This document shows positions 57,609 to 64,000 of a DNA stretch of 64,000 nt, one piece after another (the stretch's first letter is position 1; each line of letters opens with the position of its first letter). Source of the stretch: an archaeon (GTDB lineage Archaea > Nanobdellota > Nanobdellia > Pacearchaeales > GW2011-AR1). The DNA lies in NCBI GenBank assembly GCA_018653485.1, contig JABHZE010000003.1:2539-66538 (forward strand), in the 5' to 3' direction. The translations under genes and the position numbers were made by a program. The notes below the pieces were generated by a model. That model was not told the origin of the DNA. It saw only the letters and a list, made by a program, of their open reading frames with translations, and did no database searches.

Positions 57609-58493
57609 ATGGAAAAAAATAATATTGGAAAGATTAGTGAAGATTTGAAAAATGGGGTTAAAATGATTGCTATGATTGCTCCTAGTTTTGTTGTTGATTT
57701 TAGTTATCCTTCTATATTGAATAGGTTGGATGATTTGGGATTTGATAAATCTGTTGAATTAACTTTTGGTGCTAAGATGATTAATAGAGAGTATCATAAG
57801 AAACTTAAGAAGGCTAAGGGATTGGTTATTTCAAGTCCTTGTCCGGGGATTGTTAGTACTATTAAAACTAGATATCCTCAATATGTTAAGAATTTGATTT
57901 TGGTTGATAGTCCTTTGGTTGCTACTGCTAAGATTTGTAAGAAAACTTATCCAACACATAAGACTTGTTTTATTAGTCCTTGTGATTTTAAGAAGATTGA
58001 ATGTGAGGCTTGTAAGTATGTAGATTATGTAATTGATTATGAGCAACTTAAGGAAATGTTTAGGAAGAGAAAAATAGGGAAAGATAATAAGTGTGTTTTA
58101 TTTGATAGGTTTTATAATGATTATACCAAGGTTTATCCTCTTTCAGGTGGGTTGGCTAAGACTGCCCATATTAAAGGTTTGATTAAAGAAGATGAGTTTT
58201 TAGATATTGATGGGATTAAGAATGTTATGAAATTTTTAGATAATCCTGATCCTAAAATAAAGTTTTTAGATGTTTTATTTTGTAATGGTGGATGTATTGG
58301 AGGGCCTCATACAAATCAGAAGTTGAGTATTAAACAAAAGAGAGAGAAGGTTATGAAGTATTTAGAGAAGTCAAAAGATGAAGATATTCCTGAAGATAGG
58401 AAGGGGTTGATTGTAAAGGCTAAAGGGTTGAAGTTTAGTGGGGATGTTTGGTGGGTGAAGAAAGGTAGTAAGGGTTTGATTGAGAAGAAATAA
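57609..58493 (+). CDS. Minimal [FeFe]-hydrogenase-like protein (H-cluster domain only)
   Basis: APSF, SSPCP (L1), ISPCDFKKIE (L2), YPLSGG, DVLFCNGGCIGGP (L3); no ferredoxin domain. Confidence 0.82.
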   Translation: MEKNNIGKISEDLKNGVKMIAMIAPSFVVDFSYPSILNRLDDLGFDKSVELTFGAKMINREYHKKLKKAKGLVISSPCPGIVSTIKTRYPQYVKNLILVDSPLVATAKICKKTYPTHKTCFISPCDFKKIECEACKYVDYVIDYEQLKEMFRKRKIGKDNKCVLFDRFYNDYTKVYPLSGGLAKTAHIKGLIKEDEFLDIDGIKNVMKFLDNPDPKIKFLDVLFCNGGCIGGPHTNQKLSIKQKREKVMKYLEKSKDEDIPEDRKGLIVKAKGLKFSGDVWWVKKGSKGLIEKK

Positions 58494-58505
58494 ATTTTAT
58501 TTAGA

Positions 58506-59381
58506 TTAATAAACAATAACCAAAATAGCACCTGCAGTCATTATTGCTGTGGCAATTGCTTTTGTGATTAAATTATGTTCTTTGAATAATCTTCCTCCGA
58601 TTATTACTGCGAAGAAGACTGAGATTCTTTTAATTGAAAGAACTAGTGCTACTGGGGCTATTTTAACTGCATGTATTTGAGTGTATCTATAGATTATTGT
58701 TAAGATTGAGATTGTTAAGATTATTTTCCAAGAATGTTTTATTGAATGTTTTAGGTCTTTGGTTTTTCTTGTTGAGAGAAGGAATGTTATAAAAATTATT
58801 GCTAGGAAAAGGTGTTGGAATGCCATGAATCCATTTACTGGAACTTTGAAATTTTTAAGAAGTGCTTTGTCTAGAATAGATGTTGTTGTGAAAAGTATTA
58901 ATGCTATTATGATGTAATAATATCCTTTTGATTTGAATAGACTCTTTATTGGGTCAATGAATTTTTGATTTTGTTTTAATTGTAAGACATAGGTTCCTGC
59001 TAATAAAAGAAACATTCCTAAAATTTCAAATTGTGTTAGAGATTCTTGTAAAAATATTAATGCCCCTAGTGCAACTAATCCTGGAGTTAGGACTAATAGG
59101 GGGAGGGCGTTGCTTAGTTCTAGGTTTTTAATTCCTAACATTACACAAAGAAATGCTAATGCTCCTAAGAATGATTTAATGAAAAGAACTAGGAGTCCTG
59201 AAGTTGTTAGTGTTGAGAAATCTGTGAAAAAGAAAAAAGGGATTGCTAAGATAAGATTAAATATTGCAAAGAGTGTTGAGAAGGATAGTGCGTTTTCTTT
59301 GAATAATGCTTTTTTTTCAAAGATTGCTGCTGTTGCTGAAAATAATGCTGATGTTAATGCTAGGAAATACCATTGAATCAT
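58506..59381 (-). CDS. EamA/DMT family transporter
   Basis: 10 TMs in two repeats; IFLQESL, LFKE motifs. Confidence 0.88.
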   Translation of the reverse strand: MIQWYFLALTSALFSATAAIFEKKALFKENALSFSTLFAIFNLILAIPFFFFTDFSTLTTSGLLVLFIKSFLGALAFLCVMLGIKNLELSNALPLLVLTPGLVALGALIFLQESLTQFEILGMFLLLAGTYVLQLKQNQKFIDPIKSLFKSKGYYYIIIALILFTTTSILDKALLKNFKVPVNGFMAFQHLFLAIIFITFLLSTRKTKDLKHSIKHSWKIILTISILTIIYRYTQIHAVKIAPVALVLSIKRISVFFAVIIGGRLFKEHNLITKAIATAIMTAGAILVIVY

Positions 59382-60199
59382 TTTTCAATATTTGTTGTCC
59401 TCTTATATGTTAATCCTAAATCTTCTATGGTATTTATTACTTGTTGTCTTTGTTCTGATTTTCCACATCCTTTCCAATCAATAAGAACTTCTTTTATTTG
59501 TTCCTTGGTTTTTTCTTCTGCTTGTTGTAGCATTGATGGGGTGATTGGTAAGGCGTGCTGAGGAATTATATGTGAGATTGCATAGTTAGAGTTGAGTTGG
59601 ATTTTGTTAAATACTGGTGCATAATGAGGGCCTCCGATTCCTATTGCTGTAATGGTATTTACAAAATTTTTTTTGTCAAAATTTTGCAAGGAGAGAATAG
59701 TTTTAGCTACAATTTTTGCTGCATTTTCATCTAACCATTCTGGTTCTTGACTTCCTAATTCAATAAATATGCAAGGGATTTCTGTTAAAGGTCCGTGATG
59801 AGTTACTTCTAATGTAATGTTATATTCTTTTGTTAGTGTTTTTTTGTCTTTTTCATAATTTTTGTTTAATTGTTGGAAAAGATATTTAAGAACATATGCA
59901 GAGGTTGGGCAGATTTTTCCTGGTTGCCCTCCTAAATCTGCTGAACGCCAATTTCCAGGAGCATGGAGGCAGAGTGAGGGATTTCCTTTTTCTGATTTAT
60001 GAGTTGATGCAAAAACTAAGAGGTCTATGTTTTTGAATTCAGGAAATGTTTTTGAATTAAGATTTTCTGAGAAGATTGTTTCTTTTTTTAATTTTATAAT
60101 TGGGGTTTGAGGTGTGAATGCTAGTTTTTGAAATTGTTGAACTATGTTATTTCCTGCTTGGTTTTTTTCATGATACGCTATTGCAAATCTTATTGGCAT
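59378..60199 (-). CDS. dtdA: D-aminoacyl-tRNA deacylase (archaeal DtdA/GEK1)
   Basis: STHKS, HAPGN, EVTHHGP, FIELGS, GGPHY. Confidence 0.92.
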   Translation of the reverse strand: MPIRFAIAYHEKNQAGNNIVQQFQKLAFTPQTPIIKLKKETIFSENLNSKTFPEFKNIDLLVFASTHKSEKGNPSLCLHAPGNWRSADLGGQPGKICPTSAYVLKYLFQQLNKNYEKDKKTLTKEYNITLEVTHHGPLTEIPCIFIELGSQEPEWLDENAAKIVAKTILSLQNFDKKNFVNTITAIGIGGPHYAPVFNKIQLNSNYAISHIIPQHALPITPSMLQQAEEKTKEQIKEVLIDWKGCGKSEQRQQVINTIEDLGLTYKRTTNIEK

Positions 60200-60200
60200 T

Positions 60201-60620
60201 TTATCTTTTGATTATTTTATTGTTTATTATATCTTTAGTTGTTAAGACTTTAACTTTATTTTGTTTTTGAAAGTGTTTATCATCAGACCAAATAGGACAA
60301 TTAAAAGTTAGTGCAGTTGCTATAAAAATTACATCATTAGGATCTATTTTTTCAATAATCTTTTTTGCTTCTTCTCTATTTTCAATTATTCTTTTAGTTC
60401 TTATAATCTTAACTTTTTTTAATAATCTTAATAAAAGTATATTAAATTCATAATCTGTTAATTTGGATTTTCTTAATATTTCTTTTTTATGATTAAATAT
60501 CTCTTCAAACTCAAATTCTGGGAATAATAAATTATATTTAAAATTAAAAATTAATTCTCTTGTGAGATTATCTCTGATTAATGCAGATATGAAAATATTT
60601 GTATCAATTACTATATCCAT
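60201..60620 (-). CDS. vapC: PIN domain (VapC) toxin
   Basis: VIDTNIFISAL, DPND..FIATAL, IWSDDKHF. Confidence 0.9.
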   Translation of the reverse strand: MDIVIDTNIFISALIRDNLTRELIFNFKYNLLFPEFEFEEIFNHKKEILRKSKLTDYEFNILLLRLLKKVKIIRTKRIIENREEAKKIIEKIDPNDVIFIATALTFNCPIWSDDKHFQKQNKVKVLTTKDIINNKIIKR

Positions 60621-60834
60621 TAAATCTTAAACCTGCTCTAGTTTTTATTTTTTTGCTTATTTCATCTACATCTTTTTGTGTTAATTTGCTTTTAGAAGCA
60701 ATCCGATTCATTTCTTCTAGATCATTTATTCTTTGTTCTATTGCTCTTCTTGCAATTTCGCTCCACCTAATTTCAGTTATTTGTTTCATTTTTTTATGAA
60801 GTTCTTCAGGAATTGAAAGTGTTATGTTTGGCAT
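60604..60834 (-). CDS. RHH antitoxin (VapB-like)
   Basis: MPNITLSIPEELHKKM...WSEIARRAI; overlaps vapC. Confidence 0.8.
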   Translation of the reverse strand: MPNITLSIPEELHKKMKQITEIRWSEIARRAIEQRINDLEEMNRIASKSKLTQKDVDEISKKIKTRAGLRFNGYSN

Positions 60835-60891
60835 TTTGTTTGTTTTTATTTTACACATATATATGTGATTACACATATATAAGGTTTTTGG

Positions 60892-61446
60892 TTATCTCCT
60901 AACCTCCTTACCCTCAATAATTAATGTTGAAGGTTTTCCTGTTAATGGGCCTTGGTTTATGATTATGTCTACTTGTTTTTCTATTTTTTTAGGGATTTCA
61001 TTTATGTTTATTATTGGGGGTTGTCCTGCTAGATTTACTGAAGTAGTGATGAATGGTTTTTCTGATTTTTGGATTTGTTTTGTTAGAGGGTTTTTTGGGA
61101 TTCTTATTCCTATTGTTTCTGTTTTTGAAATATGTGTTAAGAATTTGGGATTTTGTTTTTTTAGGATTAATGTGTAAGGGCCTGGGAGATATTTGTTTAA
61201 CTTCATAGTTGAGGGAATTTGGCAGTTTTCTTTTATCCATTTAATTGATGGAGCAATTATTGAAATAGGTTTATCTTTATCTCTTGATTTTATTGATTTT
61301 ATTTTGCTTACTGCTTTTTTGTTTTCTGCATCACAACCTAATCCATAAATTGTATCTGTTGGATAGATAAATATTTTTCCTTGTTGGATTTTTTGGATTA
61401 ATGTTTTGGTAGGTATTTTTGATATGGTTTTTTCTTGTTTTTCCAT
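60892..61446 (-). CDS. sua5: L-threonylcarbamoyladenylate synthase (TsaC/Sua5 YrdC domain)
   Basis: YPTDTIYGLGC, K.R...KP, PGPYT, GIRIP, TTSVN, PST. Confidence 0.93.
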   Translation of the reverse strand: MEKQEKTISKIPTKTLIQKIQQGKIFIYPTDTIYGLGCDAENKKAVSKIKSIKSRDKDKPISIIAPSIKWIKENCQIPSTMKLNKYLPGPYTLILKKQNPKFLTHISKTETIGIRIPKNPLTKQIQKSEKPFITTSVNLAGQPPIININEIPKKIEKQVDIIINQGPLTGKPSTLIIEGKEVRR

Positions 61447-61479
61447 AGGTTTTAAAAGTTAGATTTGTTTAATAAGTTT

Positions 61480-61731
61480 ATGATGGAAGGAGTAATTAAA
61501 TGGGTATTATATTTGTTAGTATTTGCTACAAGTTATCCAGTTGGAATTTGGTTGAAAAAAGTTTGTAGTGATGAAGTTAAAAGTTGGGAGAGTAGATTGA
61601 AAGGCATGATTGTTATTAGTATTGTTTTAATTGGAGTTATTTTGTTTTTAGATTTTGCTTATAAAGTTGAAGTTGTTTTGAGTTTATTGTATGTTATTCT
61701 TGTTAATCTAGTTGTTTTAAGGAAGAAATAA
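61480..61731 (+). CDS. Small membrane protein
   Basis: 3 hydrophobic segments. Confidence 0.55.
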   Translation: MMEGVIKWVLYLLVFATSYPVGIWLKKVCSDEVKSWESRLKGMIVISIVLIGVILFLDFAYKVEVVLSLLYVILVNLVVLRKK

Positions 61732-61770
61732 AACCTAAACATATTTATATGAAAAAAGATAATTAATTCT

Positions 61771-61926
61771 ATGTATAATATTGATTTTTTACCTCAAATT
61801 GAAGCATTTAGAAGAGATCTTGAGAGTGGAAATAAAAGTTATTCATTACCTGAGGTTTTAGAATGTCATGAGGATGTAAATGGTGAATATGTTCCGAATC
61901 CTGTTGAATCTGGTTCTAATAAATAA
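61771..61926 (+). CDS. Small acidic hypothetical protein (51 aa)
   Basis: ATG ~25 nt after TTTATAT box; open frame with typical codon usage. Confidence 0.35.
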   Translation: MYNIDFLPQIEAFRRDLESGNKSYSLPEVLECHEDVNGEYVPNPVESGSNK

Positions 61927-61999
61927 TTTTAGAAACAATTTGTTTTTATATAAATTTCAATTACTCTCTCAACGATTTTAATTTGTTCTCTCTTATAAA

Positions 62000-62300
62000 T
62001 AGGGGGAGAAAAATAAAAATCACTTTAAGTTTCTTCAAAGACAATTTATTAAAATCCATTTTAGAAACTCTTAAACTTAGAGAAATCCCCTTTCTTTAGA
62101 AAGGGGTTGGAAGGGAATTTCTCTAGCATCAAAAACCGAAACAAGCCCCTGCATTAGAGAATTAAAATTCTCTAATTCTTCAACTCTCTTTTTGATAACG
62201 AGTTGAAGCCTTTAGGCAGGGGTAATAAACCGAAGGTTTTTGACAAGTGCATTTTTATTGTATGTTTTATCAAAAAAACAATGTGCTACGCACTTGTTTT
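62000..62300. repeat. Cluster of nested palindromes (REP/BIME-like)
   Basis: CCCCTTTC/GAAAGGGG, TAGAGAATTAAAATTCTCTA, CTTCAACTC/GAGTTGAAG, CCCCTGC/GCAGGGG, TCAAAAACC/GGTTTTTGA, CAAGTGC/GCACTTG. Confidence 0.75.
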
Positions 62301-62370
62301 TAGGATGTTCAAAGATAGGAATTAAATTATCTAGCCACACTTTTTTAAAGTGTGGTTTCCTATCTTTGAC

Positions 62371-63090
62371 ATGTTATATATAATAGGATTAGGATTAAAT
62401 GAGAAAGGAATTTCCCTTGAAGGTTGTGAGGCTCTTAAGAGATGTAAAAAGGTTTACTTAGAAGGATATACCGTGAATTTTCCTTATTCTGTTAAGGAAT
62501 TACAAAGAATTGTAGGTGAAAATAGGAAGATCTCTGTTTTAGGTAGGGATGGTGTTGAGGATAGTAAGTTGGTTAAGGAAGGGAAGAAAGATGATATATG
62601 TTTACTAGTTTATGGAAGTCCTTTATTTGCTACAACTCATATGACTTTGATTTCTGATTGTAAAAAGGCGAAAGTTAAGGTGAAGATTGTTTATGGTGCT
62701 AGTATTTTTGATGCACTTGGTTCTACTGGTTTGCAATTATATAAATTTGGAAAGATTTCATCAATGCCTAAATGGCAAAAGAGTTTTACTCCTGATAGTT
62801 TTTTAGATTTTGTTATTGAAAATAAAAAGATTGAAGCTCATAGTTTGATTTTAGTTGATATTGGATTAGAGTTTAAAGATGCTTTAGAAGAGTTAAAGGT
62901 TGCTGGGAAAAATAAAAAGGTGAAATTAGGGAAGATAGTTGTTTGTTCGAGTTTAGGAAGTGATAAAGGTAAAATTTATTATGGTGAAATTGAGGATTTA
63001 ATAAAGAAGAAAGTTAAGATGCCTTATTGTTTTATAATTCCTGGAAAGATGCACTTTTTTGAGGAAGATGTTTTGAAGGGGTTTGAATAA
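62371..63090 (+). CDS. dph5: Diphthine synthase
   Basis: MLYIIGLGL, YLEGYT, G.PLFATTH, GLQLYKFGK, HSLILVD. Confidence 0.93.
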   Translation: MLYIIGLGLNEKGISLEGCEALKRCKKVYLEGYTVNFPYSVKELQRIVGENRKISVLGRDGVEDSKLVKEGKKDDICLLVYGSPLFATTHMTLISDCKKAKVKVKIVYGASIFDALGSTGLQLYKFGKISSMPKWQKSFTPDSFLDFVIENKKIEAHSLILVDIGLEFKDALEELKVAGKNKKVKLGKIVVCSSLGSDKGKIYYGEIEDLIKKKVKMPYCFIIPGKMHFFEEDVLKGFE

Positions 63091-63121
63091 GTTTAAAAAA
63101 GATAAAATAGAATAAAGTAAT

Positions 63122-64000
63122 ATGAAAACTTTAATTAAAAATACTACTGCATATGTTGGAAAAGATTTTGATCGATATGATGATATTGATATCTTGATTG
63201 AGGGTGATAAAATAATTGATATTAGTGAAGGAATAAATGAAAAAAATGCTGAAATTATTGATGGAAGTGATTTTTTTGTAACTCCGGGTTTTATTAATGC
63301 TCATTTTCATCCAAGCCAACAATTAAATCGTGCATTAGGAATTGGTTTAAGTCATGATGAGCAAATGGATTTATTGCATGCAACAGATAATATTAAGAAA
63401 AAAGAGGATAAATATTGGATGTCGTTTATTGCAATTTTAGAGAGTTTAAAATCTGGAACAACTTGTTTCCAAAGTGTTGGAAGTGAAATTGATTCTCAAG
63501 TTCCAGTATTTGATAAAATGGGTGTTCGAGCTGTTTGTGTCTTAGTTCCAAAAGATATTCTTGCTGAAAGTAAAAAAGAAAAAATAAGGGCAAAGGTCTG
63601 GGATACTGAAGAAAGAATAGAAAAGGCAGAAGAGAGTTATAAAAAATATAATTCTGATTTATTAAAAGTTCACTTTGGTGTTGTTAATGTAAGGTATGCT
63701 TCAGATAATTTGATTAAAGGGATGTTAGGGTTAGCTGAAAAATATAATACTGGATTTCATATGCATGCTAGTGAAGGAAATATTTATGTAAATAAAGTAA
63801 AAGAAAGAACAGGTAATCGGCCTATTGAACATTTACATAAAAAGGGATTTTTGAATAATAGGTTTTCTTTAGCACACATGACTAAATTAAACAAAAAAGA
63901 GATAGATTATTTGAGTAAAGCTGGAGCCAGTGTTGTTCATTGTCCAAGGGCAAACTCTTATGTGGCAGTGGGTGTATGCCCTGTTAAAGAATTACTTGAT
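63122..64000 (+). CDS. Amidohydrolase family protein (MTA/SAH deaminase-like), truncated by window end
   Basis: My translation: MKTLIKN...PGFINAHFH...KSGTT...HMHASE...LAH...VVHCP; absent from the ORF track because there is no stop. Confidence 0.88.
   Translation, partial: MKTLIKNTTAYVGKDFDRYDDIDILIEGDKIIDISEGINEKNAEIIDGSDFFVTPGFINAHFHPSQQLNRALGIGLSHDEQMDLLHATDNIKKKEDKYWMSFIAILESLKSGTTCFQSVGSEIDSQVPVFDKMGVRAVCVLVPKDILAESKKEKIRAKVWDTEERIEKAEESYKKYNSDLLKVHFGVVNVRYASDNLIKGMLGLAEKYNTGFHMHASEGNIYVNKVKERTGNRPIEHLHKKGFLNNRFSLAHMTKLNKKEIDYLSKAGASVVHCPRANSYVAVGVCPVKELLD

Noticed and set aside
63131-63322. Minus-strand 63-aa ORF
   Set aside because: It is a shadow of the + strand amidohydrolase starting at 63122.

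Overview
Very AT-rich, gene-dense archaeal chromosome segment, most consistent with a DPANN (Pacearchaeota/Nanoarchaeota-like) organism. Support for this: TATA-box promoters, archaeal RNase HII, Dph5, DtdA, an A1:U72 initiator tRNA and many class III signal-peptide proteins. Contents: (i) surface structures, including two tandem pilin-adhesin paralogs, a probable S-layer protein, a 2061-aa Gly-rich modular surface protein, and a type IV/Tad-like pilus locus with ATPase, two platform proteins, several pilins and a vWA protein; (ii) housekeeping genes (nfo, smc, rnhB, sua5, dtdA, dph5, csp, tRNA-iMet, tRNA-Ser); (iii) a fermentative set (acs, 2-oxoacid:ferredoxin oxidoreductase alpha/beta, a minimal [FeFe]-hydrogenase-like protein); (iv) four toxin-antitoxin-type pairs and a solo NYN nuclease; (v) a YqhH/YqhG-like SNF2 helicase pair. 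The most unusual observations are: an SMC-family ATPase with no recognisable hinge but a Rad50-type CPLC zinc-hook motif at its midpoint; an unannotated ~220-nt structured element with its own TATA box and T-run; a giant surface protein in which a duplicated carrier domain holds two different cargo domains at the same LDP/KSG site; a tRNA-Ser flanked by fragments of itself; and dispersed hairpin families, some inside ORFs. No CRISPR array, transposase, integrase or reverse transcriptase was seen. All family calls come from motif recognition by eye; no searches were run.
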